Below, piece by piece: positions 52,391 through 64,000 of a stretch of 64,000 nt of DNA. The stretch comes from Chara braunii (Eukaryota; Plantae; Charophyceae): assembly GCA_003427395.1 (NCBI GenBank), contig BFEA01000004.1, positions 6,182,714 through 6,246,713 of the forward strand, given 5' to 3'. The position numbers and the translations under genes were made by a program. Below the pieces are notes generated by a model. It had not been told where the DNA came from, made no database searches, and saw only the letters and a program-made list of their open reading frames with translations. The number at the start of each line of letters is the position of its first letter. The first letter of the stretch is position 1.

Positions 52391-55265
52391 TCAAGAAACA
52401 AAGGGGTTGTGAGCATGATAGCGACTTGGCTCATGTTCCTGTTGCCGGTGTTGACGTCCCTGCTGTAGAGACTCCACTGTGGCAATATCGGAGAACGCAA
52501 ACTCCAGCCCTCTTGTGGCCATGATTTGACCTTTCCAAGCATCCATAGCGCCGCCTCCATAGGCGCTACTGAACAGGGAGGCTGCCTGTGACTCAGGTGT
52601 GACTTGGGGCATCTCTGGCTTTGATTGTGTGTACTCGTCCAGCCATGCGTAATCATCTTCTTCCGCAAAGACCTGTGGCATCTGAGCCTGCTTGGTCCAT
52701 GGTGGCAAACTATTTTGGTCCCGAATAGAGCATTGCTGCTGCTGCTGCTGCTGCTGCTGCTGTGATGCCTCCATCTGCAAAGTCCTGGAGTCCATTCCCC
52801 CAGGGGAAGGAGTTGGTATCCTTACCGGGGTTTGCCTTGAGAGAATGTTGTCACCCGTACTCCAGGAAGAAGAACCGAGTCCTGGAAGTCCATCGCCGTC
52901 ATTTACACCACTCAAACCGGTCGCTGAAGACCTCAGAGCTCCAACAGGGCTGTTCCTACCATAGCCAACAGGAGCCTGAGGAACATACCGCGACCCAACG
53001 AACCTAGCATGTGTGTTACCATCCATACCATTAGGCACCTGCACTTGATCACATCCGAGAGGTAAATCGGTGCTACTAACACCAGCAGACGCGGTCCCAT
53101 TTGCAGTAATCTCCCTGAGAAGCATCTCTTCAAGGTAGCTCGAGGTCGATGCCACCATTGGCATGCTCATACCAATTGGCAAGTTCCCCTGCTGATGATA
53201 GGGCAAGGCACCAGATGTCAAGCGGGAGCAAGGATGCGGAGGCTCATGTGCGAGCAATGATCCAGGCCCTGCGGGTCCTGACAAACCCATGCCCAAGTTG
53301 TGCAGTGCGCCATCTACACATGACATATCCCTGCTCGCCTCCAGCGAGTTATACCTGTTGTACTGGTCACTGTAATGGTCGGGCATCCAGTTGATCGAGG
53401 AATCGAGGCTTTGCTCTCCACCAGCCCATTGTTGCTGCATGAACTGCTGACGGTGTTGCTGCTGCAGAAGCTGACCTGATTGCTCTGCCAACGAATGAGA
53501 TGCCTGCTGATGCTTCTGGTGCTGGAGCAACAGCAACTGGTGTAGTTGACTGTCGAACTGCGATTCCTGTTGCTGGTTCCCCATATGCGCTTGGTGTTGC
53601 AACAGCTCGGATGCAGTGGGGCCGTTCCAGTACTCCTGGAAAGTTGACGGCATGGACACCGAAACCCCATTGAGGGTGGATGCCCCCATTCCAGAAGTGG
53701 TCATCATTCTTTCTGACACCATGGCAACCTCACCTGCAGTAGTCTTGCTATCAGTACTGCCTAAATTCCACCCGAATGTGGAAGAAAGGCCCTCGTTACG
53801 GCCCATAGCCATGCTCGTACTCGCGAAACTAGCACCCCCTGAAGTTTCCTCCGGACGACCACCAACCCCTGGCCCTCCTCTGCCTCCTTCACCTCCTCCT
53901 TGGTCACCCAATCCTCCAAATCTTCCAAATGGGATTCCCTGCTCGTGTGCAGCAGCATACTGGGATGTCTTTTCAAATCTACTGTCAAATGGCATGTCAA
54001 GGAAGCTGTCATTCCCATCATCACGACCGCCACGTTCGCCCCTCAGACTGCCTTTCGACAAATCAGTAAGGATTGCCTCTTCGGCACTCTTTGTCGCCTC
54101 GGCATGAAACTGCATGCCAGAAGGCTGCCTTTCCACAGAAGGGGATGCCAGAGACAAATTCGGCGTCCTTACAGCAGGCTTAAACACAATGACTTCTTCA
54201 TCATCTTCATGGATCTTTGGCACAGTGTACAAGCCAGGTACCATACCTGACACGTTGCTCATGCTATCCTGGTTTACGTCACCTGGCAACTCTCCCTGAT
54301 CTGCACCATCTTGAGCTTCCGCAGTCTCCGTATTGCCCCTGCTCAGAGTGTGCTGCTCCAGCACACCATCATCCTCGGACTCAGCTTTCACACTGAGTTG
54401 CTCCATCTCAGCAAATGACTTCTCTTTAGCCGGCTCATCTCCAGGTATTATAAACATCTCCCGTTCTTCATCATAATGCATTCCATTTTGAGATCCCTGG
54501 AACAAGGAGGCAGCCGCTTTACCAGCTGCAATCAAGCGCCGCACTCTTACCTTCTCCTCCTCCTTTGTGGATGAGCCCACTCGGGGAGAAGGCTTCGAGT
54601 AATCAAGAGCAAGCTGAGCAGGGAGAAGAGGATTAAAGCCCCTCAGTTCGAAATCCTCCCACAGGGCAGTGCCCCCTTCCTTGAGACCCATTCCGTCTAA
54701 CATGCCTGCCAGTCGATTTGCCATGTCGAAAAATCCACCCTGACCCTCCAGGGTACCAAAGTCGTCCCGTGCGCCCTGGTCATCCTTCTGCAGGAGGAAA
54801 TTAAGCAACTTGGACGCTTCGCGCCAGAAGAACACACGTGCATTCATCTGCTTCTCGTCCCCATCTGATCCTATGGCCATTTCTGACCGGCAAGCTAGCC
54901 ACTCAAGAAAAACAAGCAGGCCTGGCAGGAAATGACTTTTCTCCACTTCGCTGCTTGCTGCACAGCGACGCATCAACCTTCCAGCACAGTCAAATGCCGC
55001 TGTAAAAGCATGCTGAAATAGAGTGGGCCTACTGAGTACCTCTGCATACGTGGGCTGATGCCTCTCTTGGGTCCATGAAATGTTATGCACTGTGAAAATC
55101 AGAATTGCGACCAACTGCAGGACCCCAACACTCCCATTGCTTGCAAGACCCGTAGCTTTCCGATGCTCAGATGCAAACACTTTCTCCAGCTTCCCATCAT
55201 CCACACTAAGCAGGCGCTCCAGCTCCTCCACTGTGGCTGCATACACATCTCCAAAAGTCTCCAGG
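52391..55265 (-). CDS. SMG7: SMG7 nonsense-mediated decay factor (EST1 family), last coding exon: helical EST1 region plus long Q/S/G-rich tail; upstream exons not found in the window
   Basis: Plant SMG7 motifs SLETF, LQLVAILIFTVHN, LPGLLVFLEWLAC, ALWEDFELRGFNPLLPAQLALDYS, DEEVIVFKP, DDYAWLDEY, C-terminal NPFVS; acceptor TTCTACAG| at 55266, so the first ORF-track residues are intronic. Confidence 0.93.
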
Positions 55266-55962
55266 CTGTAGAAATACGACCCCAGCAACCAACAATTTCG
55301 ACATGTGAGGACCGTACTAAGAACTAGTAGAAAGTCCATTATTTGCATCACATTGAGATTCTCATACAGGTACTCTTTTGCATCCTTGCCATGATCCGAA
55401 TGTCAACTGTGATAGTTCGCCACAAATCCCGTGACTGTCGAGAACATCTTTGCGAGTATTCACATCATTACCATTCCAAATACATTCTCAGCACAATCTC
55501 CCAGGCAAAGATAAGAATCGAAGTGTGCATGATCAAGAGAATTTGTCTAGGTGCCAGATAGGTTCCCACACACGGCTACCAAAAGCTACCAAGAGAGCAT
55601 CCTGACTAGCCTCTCAAGCATGGCAGCAAAATTTCGCACACACCGTAGGCAACATCGGAAAGTGCTTACTCATCAGAGAGACATGCATCATTAGCGAAGT
55701 AACTTCGGCAGACATGCTAATTAGTAATTACTGGTATAACTGTTAAAGACAATTATGGTCGATTCCAAGTATGCGTCTTTTCCATGCGCAACATCCATCT
55801 ACAATATCAACTGCACAGAAGTTTGATCCGATATACCCCGGATGGCAGTTAGGCTACATGAATCTTCCCCATCCTGCCTTGCTGTTCATGTGACACTACA
55901 TGAATTGTGAAGTGGCATTCTCTTTCTCTCTGCACCTCCACTCTGAGGGAGAGGGAAGAAAC

Positions 55963-56476
55963 TGTTAGACGATGATGTTCTCACGGCCCTGAGGAGTGTG
56001 ATGGAGGGTGAGTGAATGATATCAGAGGTTCATATGTGGAACAGCCGAGGGTTCCGGGGGAGTGGAGCGTGGAGATGGGAAGGCATGAGAGGAGGGGGGG
56101 GGGTGTTCAGGGAGACGGTGAGAGGCAAGGTCAGGAGAGAACTTGAAGGGTCCTGAAAGAGTGGCAAGGTGGAGGGGGAAGTTGAGAGGAGATGACGTCA
56201 GGCAGAAATCACACAGGCTCATAGGGGAGTGGTGACAGCAAGAAGATCACGGAAGATTCAAGGGGAGTGGCAACCAGAGGGGGCGACAAGGGAGGAGCGG
56301 GAGAGTGGCAGCAAGAAGGATCTCACACTGTGTCTCTCAGAAGAACCAAAAAGAACAGTTGAAGAACAATAAAAGAACAGTTGAAGAACAAGAATTGGAG
56401 AAGAAGACGTACATACCTCTTTCCCATGGCAACTGATGGTGACAGCAAGGATACCTGCCCAGGGGGACAACTAACA
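55963..56476 (+). mobile_element. Possible LTR remnant in an SMG7 intron
   Basis: TGTTAG...CTAACA inverted termini, purine tract gagggagagggaagaa just upstream; no TSD. Confidence 0.4.
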
Positions 56477-57132
56477 TGCGACTCAGAATGCCCATCGCCC
56501 CTGCATCAGGCTTCTTCTGGATAACGGCAGGGGTGGTCCAGGCTGTCGATCAGTGTTGGTCCGTCCCCCGGATTTCTGAAAAAGATTCCTAGGTTAAATT
56601 CTTGGGGGGCTGCTAACCACACCCAATTGCCCTTTGAGCCGTTAGAGACCCTTCCAAGACCTCCTAGGGGCCACCAGGCTCAAGCGGGCGGATCTGTCTA
56701 AATGCCCGTCCCGATAGGCGGCCCAGTCTGACAGCCGGGGAGAGGGGGGTCCCTGGCCAGTTGCAGCCACATGGGCGGCTTGGCTGGTCGCATGGCCCTC
56801 AGGGATGAATCACTTGTTTTGTCCGAGGAAAAAGAAAAGAGAGTTGCTTATATTGCTATATTGCTATACAACACAACTTTCCAATGACCAGATGTTGATT
56901 TATGTCTGTCGCAAAACCGAAATCTTCGAATATTTAAGTTTCCAACAATCCAGATAGCACATCCAGACACAGATATACAGACAGTTCCCATGCATTTCTG
57001 GAAGGTAACTGTCCTGTAATATGACAGAAATCACAAATAGGAGCAACTCTTTTGAAGGGGAGAATCACTGAAATCAGCTGTTTGTGCATCTGTTTATCCG
57101 CCTGTCAGATGAGAACGCACAACCACCAAACG

Positions 57133-57171
<39 letters not shown>

Positions 57172-57416
57172 ACCACCATGCAGGTGCTTTTCACAAGTAC
57201 AAATGCATGTGTTGGTGGTGTTCCTTTCCTACGTATGTGCGTATGTCCATGCTCGCCGTAATGTGAGTGCGCACACATCAAAATTTCATAATATTGAAAG
57301 TTGCATATGTGCGTAGATGAATGTATGTTGGTTGTTTATGTGTGTTTGGATGTGTAGTCCATCTATTCACCCGTCTGACACACACCTGCACATGTGGAAG
57401 GAGATTGTATATGTGT

Positions 57417-57420
<4 letters not shown>

Positions 57421-57504
<84 letters not shown>

Positions 57505-57505
57505 N

Positions 57506-57592
<87 letters not shown>
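57421..57592. repeat. Long (GA)n microsatellite, representative of many (GA/TC)n and (CA/TG)n tracts across the window
   Basis: Read directly; similar tracts at 2958, 3266, 8374, 12690, 13025, 15045, 15964, 17923, 18604, 36920, 39042, 59273. Confidence 0.97.
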
Positions 57593-57599
<7 letters not shown>

Positions 57600-59267
57600 A
57601 CAATGTGAAAAGACGTATGGCTCCCGTATTGAAAAATCTGTTTGTTAAATACTGCATTTTCCAGCACGTTCATACAGTATGTATGATTATGAAAGAGAGG
57701 TGGAGAGAAAGAGGAGGTTTGTGTGTGTGTGTGTGTGTTTGAATTCTGTGTGAGAGACAGAGGGAGAGTGAGTCACCTTTCTGTGCACATACAAGCGTCC
57801 AAGCTACAAGTCAAGCCAGTGTGGCTATGCCCAAACACATGGAATGTCAATGACATATCCAGAGTCTACAGAAGTATCCATCTACAGATCTCTCTCACTC
57901 TCTCTCTCTCTCCCCCCCCCCTCTCTCTCTCTCTCATGTGCGCGTGTGTGGCTTTTCCCCTTTCTTCATTCTCCATTGCCTTCTTTCCGCCTCGCTGATT
58001 CCATCTTTCAACTTGCGCCCTTCATCCCACTTCCAATCTTCCTCCCACCAATCCACTTTTCCCCATGCTCTTCTCTCCTTATCCTGTGTCTATCACCTCT
58101 CCTTTCCCCTCTTTCTCCACACCTTTCTATCCTTCTTTGGGATCCTCTTCGAGATCCTCTCTCCGAACACTCGACGCGGCCCCTGCAGATCTGTTGGGAT
58201 CCTCTTCGAGATCTCTCTCCAGCACTCGACGTGGGCCTTGCAGATCTGGTATGTTCTTTCCTCTCTTCCTCTGTCTCTCTCTCTCTCTCTCTTCAATGCT
58301 CTCTCTGTGTCACCTCCATATCCACATTCACCCTATCCCTCTCACAACCCAGGCCCTTTGTCATCATCCTGCTCTACTCTTTCCTTACCTGTTCCTTCCA
58401 CTCCACTCTGAGATCCTTTTCCTGCCTTGCGATCTCTTGTCTCTTATTTCCCACCTTGTCTCGATCCCCCTACACAACCTGCATTCCTTACCCTGTTGCC
58501 TTGGCCTTCTTCCCCCTACATTTCACCGGTTCCTGCATCCTCACCCTGATTGGCTGACATTCCAACCTCCTCTCTATCACACATCCTGGTCGACCCCCTC
58601 CCATTTCGCGCTACCCATCCATCCCCTTCGAGTCCCTGACCTATTCCTGCCATTTAGTTTAGGACCATCCCAGACGTCTTCCTCCACAACCTTGTCAACA
58701 CCGGCAAACTCACCCTGCATTCTTCACCCTATCACGATGACCCTCCTGCTTTCTCTCTTGTCGCATCCGGTCCCCGCTTTCCCATCCTCCTGACCCCCCA
58801 TCCGCATGACCGGCCACTTAGACCTCCCCATGGTCATCCTTCTCCCCCTGCCTCTGTGCATGCACAGCATAATCCCCACCTACTCCTGCTGGCGGCTGTG
58901 CAAAAATCCAGCCCCACTTCCAACATGACACCCCCACACAATTTGAACTTGAGCCCTAAACATGGACGGAGGGAGGAGAGGAGGGGGGGGTTAGGGAGGG
59001 AGGGGCAGAGAGAGATCGGGTGCACTTCGCATTCACCGGGGGAAGCCACCTATTTGGTTTTGGGGCCAAGTGTAAACGGAACCCTTTACCTCTTTGCGCA
59101 CAACACCGCAGAGAGAGAGGGAGGACGTCAGGAGGGAGGAGGGAGGGAGGGGGGGCGGGAGGGAGCGTGAGACAGAAGGTGCACTTCGCTACTTCGCAGG
59201 GACTCACCTATTTCCTTTCTGGCCCAAGTGTGAATGGAACACTCGACATCTTCAGGAAGAACACCGC

Positions 59268-59323
<56 letters not shown>

Positions 59324-62300
59324 TGTGTGTGAGAGGGAGAGAGAGAGAGAGAGATTCGCCACAGTGGCGGCTGTTTGAATGCGCCGTCATGCAGCCCGTC
59401 GCGCATTCATCAGCCGCCGTTGTTTGCCCAACTTTTCTGGCAGCCCTCCAGAACAAAAAATCCCGGATGAAAAACTAGGCGTCGGGACCTTTTTTTCTTT
59501 GAAATACAGCATCGGGACTTTTCGTTCTGGGCGGGAGCCAAGCGACTGTGCCCAAATAAGTTGTGCACACCCATGAACTGTTGAAATTCAGACCCAAGTT
59601 TGAAGCCACAGTGGATCAGACCTGCGGCCTCAAAATGAAAAAGATCGGAATCTCACCGCGACAGTATAGCAAAAAGAATTGCGGCGCTGTACATTTCCCT
59701 ATTCTAGGGGATGGTTCGTATTCTCATTGTGCACATTCCGTGAGCGTGCAGCGAGGCCCGCTGACGCAATTCCCAAAAGAGCCAAAAAAAAAGGCAGGCA
59801 AAAAACAACAAAACAAAAGACCAGACGGCATTCACATACAGGGCCTCCTTCCCTGAGAAGACTGCAACATCCACCGGCGCATTTTTTGCTGTTTCCTATC
59901 AACTCCAAGGTGCGCCTCGGCCCATCATTACGTTTTCTTTTCCCATACTCTTTCGGCCGGTTGAAATGTGGCGCGCTACCAGTTACGACACGTTCCAAGT
60001 CGCGTTTATCAGCACACCATTGATAGATGCAGAAAACGCAAAGCTTATCGGACAGCCCATCTCACGGGCACAATCCAGTCGGGGCAGGTCGCGACGTATC
60101 ATTACACCCGACCTGCGTTACACCGAACCGGAAGAACTTTATTAGAATGTAGTAGATGATATGATTCCAGACGTTCAAGCCGCTTCCAGCTGTCTGGATT
60201 GCCCATGCATAGACAATCCCGCAGTAAATCACGCCGGAGCAATTTTCGCACCCAACACCAAATCAAAGGATTTCACAATGTCCCAAGTCCTAGTCCCTGT
60301 CCCATGCACAGGAGTCAAACCTGCAGGCCCAGCGGTCAAATTGCCACTTCAGTCCTTGTAGGTTGTCAGATGTCTTAGGTTAGAAGTCTGGTAGGCCCGG
60401 TACCCGGTAGAAAAGTCCAGAGTCTCGGTCCAACTTTGGCAGCAGCATCCAAGGCCTGGCGAGTCTCGGTCCAATTTTGGCAGCGGCATCCAAGGCCTGG
60501 TGACCTCCTGAACCCAGCAATTGCGGCCAACAGGCCACGGGGGTCATTACCGGCCCGGATCCAGCAAAGACTATCCCTTGGGCTGCTGCTTAAGCAGCTA
60601 CAGTGCCTGGGCGACACACTTGTTCAATCGTATATGCCAGAAGTGCTGTTGTGGGCTTGTGTGACGGTGGAGGTGACTGATCGGAAATACAGAAGAAGAA
60701 GCCGGGCGCTAGGGCGCCATAGCTAGGACTACCAAGGGAGGAGGGGGGTTGAGAGCTGAGTGCATTCAGAGAGTGAGAGCAACCGATCCAACAAAGAGAA
60801 AGAAGAGAGAGAGTTTGGGCGACCATAGCTGCATGGACTTTTGAGTTTGGAGACTTGCAACAATTTCCAGTTCTGGAATAGTACCTCGAAGTTTCGGCTG
60901 ATGTCTATCTTGTGCTTTGCTCTTTGAGTGTTGTGTGTACTATGGAGACTTGCATTAGTGAGAATGGGACGCTGAATTCAGTAAGATCATTGCAAAAATA
61001 ACGGAAGGCCTGGGTTTCTCATCCAAAGGCGGAATGGTGCCAGGGGGTTCTGTTTGGGGAGGCCTGACCACTATTGGTCATCATCTGGTCAATCTAACGG
61101 CCCAGATCAGGGCTCATTTTCACATCATGTCATGTGCACAGGATGCACCCCACGTGCACAACAAGCACTTCAAACATCGAACTGCTTGTTTCCACAGCCT
61201 TTGCCAGCTGCCACCAGTTGAATGTCCACCCCTTCTTTTTCTCCACAGTATCTTCTTCCTCCGCCTCTTCAACTACTTCCTCGTATTTTTGCTCATCCTC
61301 TTCTTGCTCCACATTTTCCCCCTCCTCATGTTCTTGTTCTTGTTCTTGCCTTCCTGGTTTCCCCCAAGTTGCTCGCATTCGGGCATGCACTTGTGAGAGA
61401 GAGCGAGGCAGCCACATCCACCATGTTCTTGTTCTTGTTCTTGCCTTCCTGGTTTCCCCCCATGTCTGGCATATATCCCCTCTCTGTCCCCAATTCCCTG
61501 CCGACTTCCCCCATCGCTCCAACATCTATCCAGCATCTCTCCCCGAATTACGCCGCCATTTCCCCCATCTCTCTGCCATATATTCCCAGCCTCTCCACAC
61601 CCTCCCCCTCCCCCATCTGGGCCCTCATCTCTCCCTCCCTCCACACCGCATCTCTCTGCTATCTCTCCTCCATCTCTCCACCATCTCTCTCCCCTATATC
61701 TCTCCTCCGTCTCCCCCATTTCGCTCCATCTCTCCCTGCAATCTCTCTCCCTTCCCTCTACCATCTCCCCACATAACTCCCCCCCCCGTCTCTCCCGAGC
61801 ATCTCTCCCCTTCTCTCCGCAATCAGCTCATGACAATGATGCCATCCTGATACCTGGCCAGTACTAACCCGAAATGAAGTGTTCGTGTTGTGAGGCAATG
61901 ACCGTAAAATCAGTTCAAAAATTCCAAATCACCCCATCACAGGGCTAATGCCAGGTTAAAACATCAAAACATGTTCCTCAGCAAAACGTTAACATGTTCC
62001 TCCTTTTGGTGGCCCGGGGATGCCAGGCCACACTGCTCAATCATCCATCTGGACTCTGCATCATTGGGAAAGCGGTGCTCCATGATCCTGGACGACTTCC
62101 GTCGAGGACATGTCAAGATGGACATCCGGATCCTGGACAGCAAGTAGCAAAGTTTTTGACAGCGGCTCGGAATGTTTTTTTCCTCTCTCTCTCTCTCTCT
62201 CTTTTTTGCAGGGACATCTTTATCGTTTTTGCATTCTCTGGGTTGTGATGACGCGTCCAAACATGGACTGAAACACACGACTGATTTCTGAGTTTTGCCC

Positions 62301-62654
62301 ATAGACTGAATGCCTTGCTGAGTTTCCCGCCTGCTACTAAGTCTGTGTGTGCACGCTTGCTGGACTGCATGTCTGTCTGAGTGCTGGTTGGTTTGAGTGT
62401 GTGTGTGGCCGTGCCTGTCTGAGTGCTGGTTGGCTCGAGTGTGTGTGTGGCCCGTAAGGGCACTTGCTCGTTCATTGGGCCCTCAGGGCCGGTACTTACC
62501 TGTGGCCATGACTTTGAGGGATTGCAGCAGGAAAAACACTAAAGTAGCAGGTAGGCCGGTACCGCACCCTGAAGAGGTAGATGTGCGGGTACTGGAGGCT
62601 GAGCAGAAGAAGACAAAAGTGGCATTCTTAGAGGCCCAATAGTTGTAGGGTAAG

Positions 62655-63771
62655 TGTTACATCTTCGACACCACACGGGTCCTACTGGACCCGACTTAGG
62701 GCCTAGGGGACACAGTAGGGCCTAAAGGCCTGGACTTGGGGTACAGTAGGCCGTAAAGGCCACAGTTTTGGACCAGACCCGACGGGCAGGCCCAAACGAC
62801 ATTACCGTTTGGGCCTGGCGGCGCTTTTGAGGATGCCGCCCGCCGGTCTGATCTGAACCGTCGATCTTGACGGTTCAGGTTACGGCCAGGCCTCGCAGCA
62901 TTGAGGCCGGCCTCTTTTCCACCGGTACAAAAGATCGGTCCAGCCTCAGTATGAGGCGTCGAACACTGGGACGCTGCTCGAGCGCCAGTCGTATCGGTTC
63001 AGCAGCAGGAGCAGCGTCAGCGCTATTCTTAGCGCAGCATGGAGGAGCAGCAGCAGCGCAGCAGCAGCGGCGAGCAAGGAGCCCGGCAGCATCCATCAGC
63101 AGCGCGGCGGCCATAGCCGCCTTCGACCTGCAGCCGGATACAGCCTAAGACAGGTACCAGGAGGCGAGGGGTTTTCTCCTCCCTCCACGGCCCCAGGCTC
63201 TCTCCTCCTCACCTCCTCCTCTGCCATCTCTTCTTCTTCTTCAGACTTCTTCTTCTTCTTCTTCTTCAGACTGGAGACTTCGCACTAGTTGGACAGAGAT
63301 CAGTGTTGGGCTTCGGTGGTGAGAGGCTGTGGTACTTACCGGATTTGAGACTTGGAGATTGTTGGGTTGATACTCGGCGGCATCACAGATTGGACACCGT
63401 TTACATTAGGACTCGGTACCTCCAACATTGGTGACTTATTGTCCACGACATTTTGATCTTGGTCGATGACATTTTGGACTACCATATCGGTGACCTATTG
63501 GATTCTATCTCGGTGACATCTGGCGCAGCCTGCATCTCCCACCTCCTTCGTCTCTTCTCCCACCTTTCATCTGTGTATGGTTGTACGGGGCCTGAGCATC
63601 GTCTATGATTGGCTCAGACCCCACCATCTCACGATTGTTTGTGTGTGTGGAGTGACATCTGTGTGAGTCAGTCTATGTGAGTCAGTCCATTTATCAGACT
63701 TCCGCTGCATATATGCTCATCCTATATTGGTTGATCTTTGGTTCTGCTCATACTTGTTGAGGTATGTAACA
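62655..63771. mobile_element. Solo LTR (~1.1 kb)
   Basis: 8-bp inverted termini TGTTACAT...ATGTAACA; 5-bp TSD GTAAG/GTAGG (1 mismatch). Confidence 0.7.
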
Positions 63772-64000
63772 GTAGGTTTAGGCGGATACCAGTCCAACCA
63801 GTCTGGGTCTAGGGCCTGTACGGGCAATATCAGAGTCTGCAATGATGTTTCCCTCCGAAAGGGAGGAGGTACCGCTTGCTTGGAAGCCGAGCGGCCTGGA
63901 AGTCGCCGCCCGAAGAGGCAAGCAGGCCGCTATATCTGCCAACCGGGCGAGGAGCCCGGCCTCATTCTCGGTGGGCAAGTTTGGCGACACACTGGTTGTG

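Noticed and set aside
55266-55351. N-terminus of the 986-aa ORF as the SMG7 start
   Set aside because: Similarity begins at a splice acceptor (55266); the N-terminal TPR/14-3-3-like exons must lie upstream.
57844-58793. Long Pro/Ser/Leu-rich ORFs (also 7327-7938, 44484-45290, 61134-61850)
   Set aside because: Stop-poor because of pyrimidine-rich low complexity; open in several frames at once.

Overview
Eukaryotic nuclear DNA from a repeat-rich, long-intron green-plant genome, most likely a streptophyte alga or non-seed plant. The evidence is plant-type genes, an algal-type 28S fragment and a mitochondrial trnR(ACG) of a kind seed plants lack; Chara-like is my inference. Two host genes lie on the minus strand, both incomplete in the window: three exons of a DHHC S-acyltransferase (PAT15/16-like, 859-9334) and the ~2.9-kb last coding exon of the NMD factor SMG7 (52391-55265). 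SMG7 has a probable intron 20 nt after its stop codon, the architecture behind SMG7 self-regulation by NMD in flowering plants. The rest is a decayed ~11-kb L1/Tx1-type LINE, tRNA-derived SINEs with TSDs, many MITEs, a solo LTR, satellites and microsatellites, and four captured stable-RNA gene fragments (three mitochondrial, one nuclear 28S). Bases 1-72 are an untrimmed Nextera mate-pair junction. No CRISPR array or prokaryote-type system is supported. All family assignments come from recalled motifs, not database searches.
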